Notes: a model not told the origin generated them from the letters alone. Positions 11,551 to 24,752 are shown, numbered from the whole stretch's first letter. The stretch is 63,865 nt of DNA, filler included, from Vicugna vicugna (GCA_013265495.1; 83 parts of 78 records of this genome joined end to end with filler, not necessarily neighbours in it), one strand, 5' to 3'. Numbers and translations: made by a program.

Positions 11551-12305
11551 TTGGCATTAAAGGACTTCTGTAATTCTGCTGTTTTGCTTTTGACAAAGGA
11601 ATCTGAGATATCAATTCAAGGGAGACTGTTAAATAATCAAGTCTGTCAGGTCTTCACCTCAAAGAGCAGATACTATAAATTCCTGATGTAGGATGAGGCT
11701 GCCGCCACAAACTGACTCAGCTTGAAATTAATATCCAAGATGAAGCAGCGGATACAAGTAAATATTCACAATTGTCAACTCTGCTCACGGGTCTGGGCCC
11801 TTCACTGCCTGAACGGGGGTGAAATCCCCACCCATGTCTGGGAGAGAAGCGCGGCTCTTCCCGGGCTCACCCAGGCTTCACAGGCTATTTCCCTCCACAG
11901 ACTGGCCTCAACGATTAAAAGCTCTCAAGATTTTTACACCATGCAAATCTAAAAGACATTTCTGCAGATGGAGCACTTTCTCAGGCTTAAATCTTTTTTG
12001 CACCACTCAGCCAGGGGGAAAAAAGAAACATGACTCTTCAAAGCCTCTGACCCGCACCACTCACAGGAGTAGAACGGCCACAGCAGAAGATGGCCCTTCA
12101 CATTGCAGGATGAGAAAAAAATAAAGATGCCCCAACAACAGGCACTCCCAGAGACAGAGTTCAGCAGTCTTCTGCACACTCACGGTTGTGCAGCCCTCAT
12201 CACCTNNNNNNNNNNNNNNNNNNNNNNNNNNNNNNNNNNNNNNNNNNNNTTAATTAATTAANNNNNNNNNNNNNNNNNNNNNNNNNNNNNNNNNNNNNNN
12301 NNNNN

Positions 12306-13067
12306 CCGTACAGGGAACACCTGTGACTGAAGAGAGCTTCGTGGAGTTGCTTCTCGAGCTCCCCAACTCTTTGAAAATGTTTCCGGAATCCTGAGCGTGG
12401 GGAGGTTCCACCAACGGTCGGCAGCATGTGGGTTCTAACGGAATGCTTAAGCTCGTCTCCACTGAGTGTTTTCCTAATGTCTCTGTGCCAGGGAANNNNN
12501 NNNNNNNNNNNNNNNNNNNNNNNNNNNNNNNNNNNNNNNNNNNNNNNNNNNNNNNNNNNNNNNNNNNNNNNNNNNNNNNNNNNNNNNNNNNNNNNNNNNN
12601 NNNNNNNNNNNNNNNNNNNNNNNNNNNNNNNNNNNNNNNNNNNNNNNNNNNNNNNNNNNNNNNNNNNNNNNNNNNNNNNNNNNNNNNNNNNNNNNNNNNN
12701 NNNNNNNNNNNNNNNNNNNNNNNNNNNNNNNNNNNNNNNNNNNNNNNNNNNNNNNNNNNNNNNNNNNNNNNNNNNNNNNNNNNNNNNNNNNNNNNNNNNN
12801 NNNNNNNNNNNNNNNNNNNNNNNNNNNNNNNNNNNNNNNNNNNNNNNNNNNNNNNNNNNNNNNNNNNNNNNNNNNNNNNNNNNNNNNNNNNNNNNNNNNN
12901 NNATGTTTCCGGATTCCTGAGCGTGGGGAGGTTCCACCAACGGTCGGCAGCGCGTGGGTTCTAACGGAATGCCTAAGCTCGTCTCCCCTGCGGGTTTTCC
13001 TAATGTCTCTGTGTGAGGGAAAGCTTGGGGTGATTGCAGGATATCCCAGTGTCAGATGCTGCCTCCC
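12306..13067 (-). repeat. SatA satellite
   Basis: SatA motifs on both sides of the gap. Confidence 0.93.
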
Positions 13068-13167
13068 NNNNNNNNNNNNNNNNNNNNNNNNNNNNNNNNN
13101 NNNNNNNNNNNTTAATTAATTAANNNNNNNNNNNNNNNNNNNNNNNNNNNNNNNNNNNNNNNNNNNN

Positions 13168-13733
13168 GTAGAACACAGAATATAGAATATAGAATAGAGA
13201 GTTTAGAACATGAAATGCAGAACTCACAATTTGGAATATAGAATACAGATTACTGAATATAGAATTTGGAATATAGAATGTAGATCACAGAATATATAAT
13301 GTAAAATACGGAATGCAGAATATAGAACAGAATATAGAATTTAGAACACAGATTATAGAATATAGAATTNNNNNNNNNNNNNNNNNNNNNNNNNNNNNNN
13401 NNNNNNNNNNNNNNNNNNNNNNNNNNNNNNNNNNNNNNNNNNNNNNNNNNNNNNNNNNNNNNNNNNNNNNNNNNNNNNNNNNNNNNNNNNNNNNNNNNNN
13501 NNNNNNATTGAAGCCAGATTTTGGAACTTGGAAAACAGAACTCAGAATTTAGATTATAGAATACAGAATACTTAATAAACAATTAAAACTTTGAATGAAG
13601 AACACAGAATATAGTAGATAAAACACATAATACTGAATAAATAATTTAGAATATCGAATGAAGGAAACAGAATAAAAAATATAGCTTTGAGAATTTTGAA
13701 GCCAGATTTTGGAACATGGAAATCAGAACTCAG
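13168..13733 (+). repeat. SatE heptamer satellite (more degenerate distally)
   Basis: AGAATAT register. Confidence 0.88.
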
Positions 13734-13833
13734 NNNNNNNNNNNNNNNNNNNNNNNNNNNNNNNNNNNNNNNNNNNNTTAATTAATTAANNNNNNNNNNN
13801 NNNNNNNNNNNNNNNNNNNNNNNNNNNNNNNNN

Positions 13834-14556
13834 CATTGAAAAATCCACAAATGACAAATGCTGGAGAGGCTTTGTAGATCACGGTACCTTCCTTCATTGT
13901 TGGTGGCAATGCAGCTTGGTGCAGCAACTGTGCAAAACAGGATGGAGATTCCTTAAAAGCCTAGGAATAGACTTATCATATAACCCAAATCCCGCTCCTG
14001 GGCATAAATCCACAAGAAACCCTAATTCAGGATGACACCTGCACACCAATGTTCAAAGACAGCACTAAATTTACAATAACCAAGACATGGAAATACCCTA
14101 AATGTCCATTGAAAGTTGACTAGATAAAGAAGAGGTGGTATATTTATACAATGGATTAGTAGTCAGACTTATAAACTGACAACATAACACCATTTTCAGC
14201 AACATGGATGCGCCTGGAGAAAATCAGTCTACGTGAAGTAAGCCAGAAAGAGAAAGAAAAATACCATATGAGAATGCTCATTTATGGAATCTAAAAACTA
14301 AACCAAACCAAACAAAAAATGCAAAATACAAAACAGAAATAGACTTACAGGCAGAGAATACAAAGTTTTGGTTGCCAAGTGGGTGTGGTGTGGGAATAGA
14401 TAGGCTTGGAGTTCAAAATTGTAAGATTGATAAACAGGATTGTACTGTATAGGACAGGGAAATATATAAAAGATCTTACGGCAGCTCACAAGGAAAGAAA
14501 TGGGACAAGGGAAGAAATGGGACAACAAATGTATATATGTTCATTGTAAATAAATA
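13834..14556 (+). mobile_element. LINE-1 ORF2 3' end and 3'UTR, decayed
   Basis: ACAAATGCTGGAGAGG, TGCACACCAATGTTCA, GTGAAGTAAGCCAGAAAGAGAAAGAAAAATACCATATG. Homologous to the fragment at 60-583. Confidence 0.9.
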
Positions 14557-15182
14557 NNNNNNNNNNNNNNNNNNNNNNNNNNNNNNNNNNNNNNNNNNNN
14601 TTAATTAATTAANNNNNNNNNNNNNNNNNNNNNNNNNNNNNNNNNNNNNNNNNNNNTCGCTGTCACAAAGAAAGACTCAGCCGGCCCCACGGGGAGCACT
14701 GAGGCTGGGGTCACCCCTCATTGCTGACCCAGCAGAGGTAAAGGAATGAGTCATTTCTATGCCCTCAATTGGATGACCGCTCAGGGGTGGTTTTTTCCAG
14801 CTGAGAACATTCCTGAAGGGGCTGAAGGCCAAAGGACTGTCTTCCAGCACTATTCCCAGTAGCTGGAGGACCCCGTTCCTCATCCCTGAGGTGGGGTCTG
14901 AGAGTTAGGCAAGTGTAGCACTAGTTGTTTTCTTTATTTTTAGATATTAAAATTTGGTTCATCGTGGATTTTTTTATATTAACTTAGCTCGTTAAAAATA
15001 TTGCATCACAATTTTATGTTAAATAGTGCTGCTGTGTACATTGGGGTGCGGGTATCTTTTCGAATCAGAGTTTTTGTCTTTTNNNNNNNNNNNNNNNNNN
15101 NNNNNNNNNNNNNNNNNNNNNNNNNNTTAATTAATTAANNNNNNNNNNNNNNNNNNNNNNNNNNNNNNNNNNNNNNNNNNNN

Positions 15183-15544
15183 CATAAATGAATTGGTTCA
15201 TTCACACAGTGACAATTTCTTAGGGCCAACTCTGTTGGCCACCATGCTCAGCAGCAGGGATGCAGTAGGGACACAGCAGTGAACAGCCAATGGCCTGCTT
15301 TCCTGGAGCTCACAGTCTGAGTAGGAGTAAGTGTCCATCAAGGATCAGCCCTCGGAGAGTGTCGGAACAAGCTGAGAGCAGGCTGAGGGAAGGAGATGCG
15401 TGTCTATGAGAGCATGTAACCAAGGAACCAGCTTCGTGGGAGAGGGAGGAGTCTGCAGACAAGTGGAGATCAGGGTGTCCTTCCTGGAGGACTGGATCTT
15501 AGAGCCAAGGGGGGAAAGCAATGTAATAAGAAGAAAACAGTGAG
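15183..15544 (-). mobile_element. L2 LINE 3' fragment
   Basis: TTCATTCA...GGGACACAGCAGTGAACA...CCTGGAGCTCACAGTCT is the L2 3' signature. Confidence 0.7.
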
Positions 15545-16061
15545 NNNNNNNNNNNNNNNNNNNNNNNNNNNNNNNNNNNNNNNNNNNNNNNNNNNNNNNN
15601 NNNNNNNNNNNNNNNNNNNNNNNNNNNNNNNNNNNNNNNNNNNNNNNNNNNNNNNNNNNNNNNNNNNNNNNNNNNNNNNNNNNNNNNNNNNNNNNNNNNN
15701 NNNNNNNNNNNNNNNNNNNNNNNNNNNNNNNNNNNNNNNNNNNNNNNNNNNNNNNNNNNNNNNNNNNNNNNNNNNNNNNNNNNNNNNNNNNNNNNNNNNN
15801 NNNNNNNNNNNNNNNNNNNNNNNNNNNNNNNNNNNNNNNNNNNNNNNNNNNNNNNNNNNNNNNNNNNNNATGAGAGATGAGATGATCTCCAACTCCTCCT
15901 CAGGGCCAGGGGTTGAATGGGGGTGGGAGAGAGAGGCCAGGTCCTGGACAGAGTCCAGTTCNNNNNNNNNNNNNNNNNNNNNNNNNNNNNNNNNNNNNNN
16001 NNNNNTTAATTAATTAANNNNNNNNNNNNNNNNNNNNNNNNNNNNNNNNNNNNNNNNNNNN

Positions 16062-16253
16062 AAGGAGAATGGAAAGCTTTCCTGTTTCTTAAGAAATATT
16101 GAACCCGTTAAGTGATTGGAAGAAAAATGGAAATGTGTCAAGTTTGTAAAAGTTCTGAAATGAATTAGAATTGATTTTACAGACCATGTAGGAGACAGTG
16201 CTATACAGTTAGTGTGTCTTTGGGCTCTTTGAGTATTTCAGTACTTTCACTGA
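16062..16253 (+). repeat. Low-copy duplicated segment, paralog of 19335-19524
   Basis: About 190 bp near-identical, with scattered substitutions and a 1-nt indel. Confidence 0.9.
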
Positions 16254-16799
16254 NNNNNNNNNNNNNNNNNNNNNNNNNNNNNNNNNNNNNNNNNNNNNNN
16301 NNNNNNNNNNNNNNNNNNNNNNNNNNNNNNNNNNNNNNNNNNNNNNNNNNNNNNNNNNNNNNNNNNNNNNNNNNNNNNNNNNNNNNNNNNNNNNNNNNNN
16401 NNNNNNNNNNNNNNNNNNNNNNNNNNNNNNNNNNNNNNNNNNNNNNNNNNNNNNNNNNNNNNNNNNNNNNNNNNNNNNNNNNNNNNNNNNNNNNNNNNNN
16501 NNNNNNNNNNNNNNNNNNNNNNNNNNNNNNNNNNNNNNNNNNNNNNNNNNNNNNNNNNNNNNNNNNNNNNNNNNNNNNNNNNNNNNNATTCCTTTCACAA
16601 GCATGAAGACTTAACTGTGAAGAAAAGGATGATGAAAGAGAGTAGAGGAGAAAATAAAATGCTTTCTCTACAAACTGATGGCTTAAAAACTAAGAAAAAA
16701 CACCTTTTTAAGACTTTGGTCACCATATTCATAGCTTATACTTAGGTAGAGTTTTTCACATGCCTGCGGTTAATGTTCCAATTGTTTTCACAATTAGTA

Positions 16800-16945
16800 A
16801 ATAATTGACTCATCACAATAGTCCTATAAATTGCTATTATTATCCCCCCATTATATGGGTGAGGAGATTGAAGCCCCAAGAGTTTAAGAAATTTGCACAA
16901 GGCCTCACAGCTAGCATCAGAGCTGGGATCCAGATACAGGAGTGT
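16800..16945 (-). mobile_element. MIR fragment
   Basis: TATTATTATCCCCCATT..GTGAGGAGATTGAAGCCC..TTTGCACAAGGCCTCACAGCTAG..AGAGCTGGGATC. Confidence 0.75.
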
Positions 16946-17169
16946 GGCTCNNNNNNNNNNNNNNNNNNNNNNNNNNNNNNNNNNNNNNNNNNNNTTAATT
17001 AATTAANNNNNNNNNNNNNNNNNNNNNNNNNNNNNNNNNNNNNNNNNNNNCTCAAGATTTCCTGTGAGAAATGGATTTTTTTCCCCATCTTAAATCTGTG
17101 TTGTGTCTCTAAAAAAATTCTGTAGCCCTCCATCTTTTTGCTTTAATTCTCCATTTTAAAAAAAAATAG

Positions 17170-17254
17170 TTTTTAAATGGAGTTACTGGGGACTGAACTG
17201 AGGGCCTCATGCATGCTGAGCATATACTCTCTCAACTGAGGTATAATCTCCCCC
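17170..17254 (-). mobile_element. tRNA-derived SINE (vic-1-like)
   Basis: Reverse complement of GGGGGAGATTATACCTCAGTTG..ATGCTCAGCATGCATGAGGCCCTCAGTTCAGTCCCCAGTAACTCC. Confidence 0.8.
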
Positions 17255-17703
17255 GTAATTTTTTTAACTTTACTTTCCTTGTATTCAGAGGTTAGAGGCC
17301 TCTAATTCTTTTTCTGGAGACTTGTCCATGAACCTGTAAATCTATAATTAATGGACAAAATATTAATGGACATGGTTTATTAAAAAAATCAATAGAACTT
17401 TCTTCAATCCATTCAAAAGGAAATGCTCATTGAGTTTAAATGTTTCTCCTTTATGGTGATTTCTAATTTTTGGTCTAGCTTAACTTATTAAAAGTAATCC
17501 TCATCATCATAATGATAAAGCTTGCTGTGAGTGGACACCTACCAAAGGCTAAAATGCATTTCTCATGTTTTGCTTCAAAGCAGGTGTTTGCGGGTAGGTA
17601 TCANNNNNNNNNNNNNNNNNNNNNNNNNNNNNNNNNNNNNNNNNNNNTTAATTAATTAANNNNNNNNNNNNNNNNNNNNNNNNNNNNNNNNNNNNNNNNN
17701 NNN

Positions 17704-18060
17704 GGTTGGCCTTTTTAGAAACTCCAGACTGCTTCCAAAGTGGCTGCATCGTTTTACATAGTTTCACTAGCCGACTATGAGCCTTCCAACTTATCTCTAC
17801 ATTATAGGCAACACCTGTTATCGTCTGTCTTTCTGATGATAGTCATCCTCATGGTTCTGAAGTGGCATCTCCTTGTGGTTTTGGATTCTACTTCCCTAAT
17901 ATTGAGCTTCTTTCTTATGCTTGTTGGCCATTTGTATATCTTCTTTGGAGAAATATGTATTAGAAATTATATATTCTAGATAAAAGGCTCTTTTCAGAAA
18001 TATGATTTGTAAAAAATAGTCTCTCATTCTGTGGCTTCTCCCTTACTTTCTTGAGAATAT
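17704..18060 (-). mobile_element. Old LINE-1 ORF2 fragment
   Basis: TTCCAAAGTGGCTGCATC, GTTGGCCATTTGTATATCTTCTTTGGAGAAAT. Confidence 0.85.
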
Positions 18061-19334
18061 GCTGCCCCAGAGCCTGACGTTAGCTCTTACCTCGCATTGA
18101 ATCCTCCCTGGACACATATGTGGTNNNNNNNNNNNNNNNNNNNNNNNNNNNNNNNNNNNNNNNNNNNNTTAATTAATTAANNNNNNNNNNNNNNNNNNNN
18201 NNNNNNNNNNNNNNNNNNNNNNNNCGCTCTCCCTCTCGTGCTAGGTTCCTGGACAACTCCAACCTCTTCTTCTCACTCCTCTAGCCCTAGGGATGACGGC
18301 TGCTCCCAATATTTACCTGAGAGTCCCTTTTTGCTCTAACATGTCTTAACCTAATTACCTGTGTAAAATGATTTCCATTACACTAACAAATATGGCTTCT
18401 GTTTCCCTGACTTCACTTACAACTAGTAGAAACATTAATCTATTAATTTAATGGATTATATTTNNNNNNNNNNNNNNNNNNNNNNNNNNNNNNNNNNNNN
18501 NNNNNNNNNNNNNNNNNNNNNNNNNNNNNNNNNNNNNNNNNNNNNNNNNNNNNNNNNNNNNNNNNNNNNNNNNNNNNNNNNNNNNNNNNNNNNNNNNNNN
18601 NNNNNNNNNNNNNNNNNNNNNNNNNNNNNNNNNNNNNNNNNNNNNNNNNNNNNNNNNNNNNNNNNNNNNNNNNNNNNNNNNNNNNNNNNNNNNNNNNNNN
18701 NNNNNNNNNNNNNNNNNNNNNNNNNNNNNNNNNNNNNNNNNNNNNNNNNNNNNNNNNNNNNNNNNNNNNNNNNNNNNNNNNNNNNNNNNNNNNNNNNNNN
18801 NNNNNNNNNNNNNNAGATTCTTGGTACCTATTTTTATTTCTTCTTAAATACAATGATTAAAGATATATATGAACAGAGGAGCATATATAAAATGTATTTA
18901 ACATATACCCAATTTCCAACTTAAGACACAGAACAGAACTAATATTTTGGAAGGGTCCCTTATGCTCCTTACATCCCACCCTCAGGCNNNNNNNNNNNNN
19001 NNNNNNNNNNNNNNNNNNNNNNNNNNNNNNNTTAATTAATTAANNNNNNNNNNNNNNNNNNNNNNNNNNNNNNNNNNNNNNNNNNNNGTCTTAAACGAAC
19101 TGAGATCTACCTCTGGTGCTTCAGAAAGAGTGAGTCAATCGAGCTTAAATCACAGAACTGAAAACAAAAGGGAGGTTATTTATCTTAAAGCAAATTCTGG
19201 GTCCTCTTCTAAGACTGGGGACAGATCTAGGACAGCAGTTCTGTCCACTATTGAGTACTTTCAAATTTTCTTTAATGAACAAATGTTAAATTTATGATCA
19301 GAAAAGATGAAGATAAATAAGGAGAAACTTGAGG

Positions 19335-19524
19335 AAGAAGAATGGAAAACTTTCCTGTTTCTTAAGAAATATTGAACCCATTAAATGCTTGGAAGAAAAA
19401 TGGAAATGTGTCAAGTTTGTAAAAGTTCTGAAATGAATTAGATTGATTTCACAGACGATGAAGGAGACAGTGCTATACAGTTAGTGTGTCTTCGGGCTCT
19501 TTGAGTATTTCAGTACTTTCACTT
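19335..19524 (+). repeat. Low-copy duplicated segment, paralog of 16062-16253
   Basis: Direct sequence comparison. Confidence 0.9.
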
Positions 19525-20499
19525 AATAGTTGTTTCATTTGGGGCAAATTGCATCATCTCCACGTGGCTCTATTTCCNNNNNNNNNNNNNNNNNNNNNNN
19601 NNNNNNNNNNNNNNNNNNNNNTTAATTAATTAANNNNNNNNNNNNNNNNNNNNNNNNNNNNNNNNNNNNNNNNNNNNTTAAATATGTGTGGTTACCAAGT
19701 CTTACTTCTGTGCCTTTTGTCTATTATCCCTTTGGTTAATGATGTGGCCATTAACCTGTTAAACAGAGCCTACCCTGGCTATTGAATGGGGACTCCTCTT
19801 TGTTTTGTGGTTGTCACAGCTCCTGCCCTTGCCTTGCTTCATGAACTCAGCTCGTTGTTTCCAGAGACCCTCTGGTCACACCCTTGGTCTGTGCTGCTCC
19901 CAGTGCCTGTAGGTAGACATGTCACATCTCCTCCCAGTGCTGCATCTTGGTGCTGCACTCCTGCATGGTAGGTGGGCAGGTTGTGCCCCTTCCCAATGCC
20001 GTGTCCAGGTGCAGCAGTCCTCCACAATAGTTGGGTTGGTTGCTCCCATATTCAGTACACTCCATATCTGTTCCACACTCTGTGGGTGGGCTTGAGGCAA
20101 ATGGCCACNNNNNNNNNNNNNNNNNNNNNNNNNNNNNNNNNNNNNNNNNNNNTTAATTAATTAANNNNNNNNNNNNNNNNNNNNNNNNNNNNNNNNNNNN
20201 NNNNNNNNTATAACTATAATTTCTTTTTAAATAACGTTTCTGAGGGCTACCTATTTGGAGCGCTGGAGTAAGGAAACCCACCAAGGTAACATAGAATTAC
20301 TATACATGGTAATTTACCATAAACTTAACAATTGGAGTAGTTCATAATCAAACTTAGGAGAAATTGTCAAAGTAATTGTTATACAAGCTTGGTCTGGTGT
20401 CTTGGGTCAGCTGTCTACTTCAAATCTTGTCTCCTACTGATCCTGGCCTGGTAGCTTTTTCTCCATTTGGGCATTGTTTTAAGGTTAGCAGTGCACTGC

Positions 20500-20700
20500 A
20501 GGGGCTGTTTCTGATAGGAAATGAATCCGACAGTCCGTTTCCTTCAACTCTGTTTTGTACAAAAAAAATAGTTAAGAGTACCTGAAAAAGTGTCCTTCCG
20601 TTCAGGTTGGAGACAGTTCTTTAAGTCATGCCTGTTCCAGTGTGTATAATCCCCTGGCTGCAGGTCATGGGGCATTGGAACTTAACCCAAAGATAGATTA
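20500..20700 (-). mobile_element. Class I (gamma-like) ERV pol, integrase C-terminus remnant
   Basis: Minus strand HDLQPGDYTHWNRHDLKNCLQPERKDTF / QVLLT matches the QPGD.V..K....LQPRWKGPYQVLLT motif, with a frameshift. Confidence 0.7.
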
Positions 20701-20913
20701 CTGAGCTTCAGATACAAACCTAGTGTATCCTTTTCATAATTCAGTTAAACTGTACAGAAATTGACATAACAGCAAGGAATGACTTGGGAAGTGTCTTAGT
20801 AAATATAGACCTCNNNNNNNNNNNNNNNNNNNNNNNNNNNNNNNNNNNNNNNNNNNNTTAATTAATTAANNNNNNNNNNNNNNNNNNNNNNNNNNNNNNN
20901 NNNNNNNNNNNNN

Positions 20914-21397
20914 TGGTTCCCTTGGTATATGTCAGTCAACCGTACCCTTTTGTTACTTTTTTGTCTGTTTGATTCTTTGTTGGCCTGCTTCTCGTTTGTT
21001 TAGCCAAATATCATGCCATTCATCTCTCCGTTCGCTTCAAAGAGAGAGTCATATAAGCTGATTCACTTAAGAAAGTGCTTCCAATCACCTAGGATTTCCT
21101 GCTTCCCTCTCCCATCATTAGGGTTTTGTTGTCCTCCTTGCCTTATTGTTTCTTCTTTGCCACTCAAGCTCTTCTTGCATTTCCAATAATGGTTTGCTTC
21201 TTTTCCATTTCATCTTGCTATGCTGCTTTTCTATTCAGGGGAATATTCTCAACCTTTCTTTTAGGAAAAGTTTCGAACTGCTGAATTCTTTTAAGATTTG
21301 CCTGTCTGTGAAATTCTCTATCTCTGCCATTATTAGAAATGGCGGTCATGTTTCATAGGCTACCAGAGATGGCAGCATTTTGCCATTCAGGATATGG
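20914..21397 (-). mobile_element. Amplified decayed-L1 family member (paralog of 59360-59886)
   Basis: The reverse complement aligns end to end with the distal part of fragment 59135-59886. Confidence 0.85.
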
Positions 21398-21497
21398 NNN
21401 NNNNNNNNNNNNNNNNNNNNNNNNNNNNNNNNNNNNNNNNNTTAATTAATTAANNNNNNNNNNNNNNNNNNNNNNNNNNNNNNNNNNNNNNNNNNNN

Positions 21498-22131
21498 ATT
21501 TCAGTTTAAAGCTACATATTTGGAGAGACTTTCGTTCATCTAACACAATTGAAACTTGTTTCTGATAGAACCCTCACCCTGTTGTCTCTGTCTGTTTCTT
21601 AGTGCCGATTTTAATTTCCTGAAATTTTCAGTATAAACATAGTTGGAGGTTGTGCCTCCTCATATATATGTTTGTAGTGTAGTTTCCAAATGAAAAGCAT
21701 CTTTGTGTTCCCAAAAAGCTTGTTGATTGTTGGTTTTCACACTCACTTCTGTGTAATAATTTAGCATGTGTATTGTCATTCGTCTATCTAGCATTAATTG
21801 AATGTTTGTCATTTGTAACACTTACTCTTGTTTGTCATTATGTTTCCTTGAGCTTCTTAGAAGTTCATGCATTTTTCACTGTTAAATCGAGTTCGAGCTA
21901 TTACCTCCCAGTACATATCTATATAGTTTTTTTCCAGTAGAAAAAACTATGTGTTCACATCAAGCTAGGTGATTCACGGATTTCACACAAACTTTTTTCT
22001 CAGAGTTCAGCATGTGAGCAGACGTCCATTCATCTAACCGAAAGTGAATGGTTTGATGGTTTGCAGTCACTTACTCTAGTTTCTCTGTATGTTTTTTAGT
22101 GTCAATTTGATGTTCATGCAATTTTCACTGT
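21498..22131 (+). repeat. Degenerate, AT-shifted SatC monomers
   Basis: CAGCATGTG..GACGTCCATTCATC, TTACTCTAGTTTCTC, TTCACTGT and CCTCCC anchors in SatC order. Confidence 0.8.
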
Positions 22132-22231
22132 NNNNNNNNNNNNNNNNNNNNNNNNNNNNNNNNNNNNNNNNNNNNTTAATTAATTAANNNNNNNNNNNNN
22201 NNNNNNNNNNNNNNNNNNNNNNNNNNNNNNN

Positions 22232-23066
22232 CCAGGTTCTAAAATCGGACATTTGACACCAGAATACACTCTTTGATCTAATTCTCACCAACACACATGT
22301 AATTTACATTGTTTACATAACCATGGAATTCCGTATTACGAGCATGTNNNNNNNNNNNNNNNNNNNNNNNNNNNNNNNNNNNNNNNNNNNNNNNNNNNNN
22401 NNNNNNNNNNNNNNNNNNNNNNNNNNNNNNNNNNNNNNNNNNNNNNNNNNNNNNNNNNNNNNNNNNNNNNNNNNNNNNNNNNNNNNNNNNNNNNNNNNNN
22501 NNNNNNNNNNNNNNNNNNNNNNNNNNNNNNNNNNNNNNNTGTAAGTTACATTGTTTACATAACCGTGGCATTCCGTATTCGGAACGTGTTTCATGAATCA
22601 TGGATTCCTCAAACATGCATTTCTGAGTTGTGAACATGCGCATGACAGTTGTTTCAACCATAAAAGGTTACCTATGCACTTTGAAATATTTACTTTGACT
22701 TCATAACTTCTCAGTGTCACCAGTTTCAAGAGTTACAGTTTGATCCCAGAAAAACCCTCTTGGAGGGAATTCTACCCCAGAGATATGTAATTTGTATAGA
22801 TTCCATCAACATGATATTCCATGTTCCGTACAGGATACATGCATGACGGATTCGACAAACATGCATTCCTGAGTTGAGAACATGTGCATTACTGATCTTT
22901 CANNNNNNNNNNNNNNNNNNNNNNNNNNNNNNNNNNNNNNNNNNNNNNNNNNNNNNNNNNNNNNNNNNNNNNNNNNNNNNNNNNNNNNNNNCATTTTTCA
23001 CAATACTTCTGGAGTGATTTGAAACTAATACATATGTAAGTTGCATTAATTCCATCAACATGGCAT
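22232..23066 (+). repeat. SatD satellite (monomer types D1-D2-D3)
   Basis: TTGTGAACATGCG at 22628 and TTGAGAACATGTG at 22874 (246 bp apart). Confidence 0.88.
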
Positions 23067-23846
23067 NNNNNNNNNNNNNNNNNNNNNNNNNNNNNNNNNN
23101 NNNNNNNNNNTTAATTAATTAANNNNNNNNNNNNNNNNNNNNNNNNNNNNNNNNNNNNNNNNNNNNATGTAAGAAATTAAAATTACTTGTTAAATCTATC
23201 AGTAAATTGTTTAATTGTTTAAAATGTAATCCTTCTTATAAAACAGATCAAACATTTAGTTTTTTTAAAATCAAAAGGTTACTCATCTAAAGCTAGCAAA
23301 TCAAAATATTACTTTCTCTCATTTTTTAAAACTCAATTCATCTGCATAAAGTCCCACACAGGCCCTCTTAGAATTAATACTACAAATACTCAAATCTAGA
23401 GCAATATATACAGGTTTTAAATTGTGGAGCATGATCATCACATACTTTAAGCAAAGATTAGTAGTTTATGTTATCTGACAAATTCAGCAACACAACTGAA
23501 AGTAAAATCTGAAAGTGCTATTTCATAATATGGTAATTGGGATTCTAGTCTCCAATTTTCAGTTATCACAAGTTGATTCTTAAATTTGGGAAATAGAAAA
23601 TGATAAATACAATTATTTTATTCACATATATTCACATAACGTATACATTTTAAGATGCTATCATTTCATACTGAAAGATTTTAGAAATAACTTTGACCTA
23701 CTTCTACTTTAGATTATTTCTTAAATTTCTTATAAAATTATTATTTNNNNNNNNNNNNNNNNNNNNNNNNNNNNNNNNNNNNNNNNNNNNTTAATTAATT
23801 AANNNNNNNNNNNNNNNNNNNNNNNNNNNNNNNNNNNNNNNNNNNN

Positions 23847-24752
23847 GGCAATCATGCGTTTCTGACTTGTGAGCATGTGGATTACAGATCTATCACCCTC
23901 CGAACAATGCGTATATAGACTTCAAAATATTTATTGTGACTTCATAGGTTTTTCCTATCACCAGGGTCTAAAATCGGACATATGGCACCAGAAAACACTC
24001 TTTGAGCGAATTCTCACCAATACACATGTAATTTACATTGTTTACTTAACCATGGAATTCCGTATTACGAGCAATTTTCATGCATCACGGATTCCGCAAA
24101 CATGCATTTCTGAGTTGTGAACATGCGCATGACTNNNNNNNNNNNNNNNNNNNNNNNNNNNNNNNNNNNNNNNNNNNNNNNNNNNNNNNNNNNNNNNNNN
24201 NNNNNNNNNNNNNNNNNNNNNNNNNNNNNNNNNNNNNNNNNNNNNNNNNNNNNNNNNNNNNNNNNNNNNNNNNNNNNNNNNNNNNNNNNNNNNNNNNNNN
24301 NNNNNNNNNNNNNNNNNNNNNNNNNNNNNNNNNNNNNNNNNNNNNNNNNNNNNNNNNNNNNNNNNNNNNNNNNNNNNNNNNNNNNNNNNNNNNNNNNNNN
24401 NNNNNNNNNNNNNNNNNNNNNNNNNNNNNNNNNNNNNNNNNNNNNNNNNNNNNNNNNNNNNNNNNNNNNNNNNNNNNNNNNNNNNNNNNNNNNNNNNNNN
24501 NNNNNNNNNNNNNNNNNNNNNNNNNNNNNNNNNNNNNNNNNNNNNNNNNNNNNNNNNNNNNNNNNNNNNNNNNNNNNNNNNNNNNNNNNNNNNNNNNNNN
24601 NNNNNNNNNNNNNNNNNNNNNNNNNNNNNNNNNNNNNNNNNNNNNNNNNNNNNNCTATCACCCTAAGGCGTATATAGACTTCGAAATATTTACTCTGACT
24701 TCAAAGATTTTTCCTATCACCAGGATCTAAAATCGGACATATGGCACCAGAA
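23847..24752 (+). repeat. SatD satellite (D1-D2, gap, D1)
   Basis: Matches 47217-47757. GCGTATATAGACTTC recurs after the gap. Confidence 0.88.

Noticed and set aside
19678..20108. Possible decayed ERV gag-like sequence on the minus strand
   Set aside because: No diagnostic motif I can confirm, and there are multiple stops.
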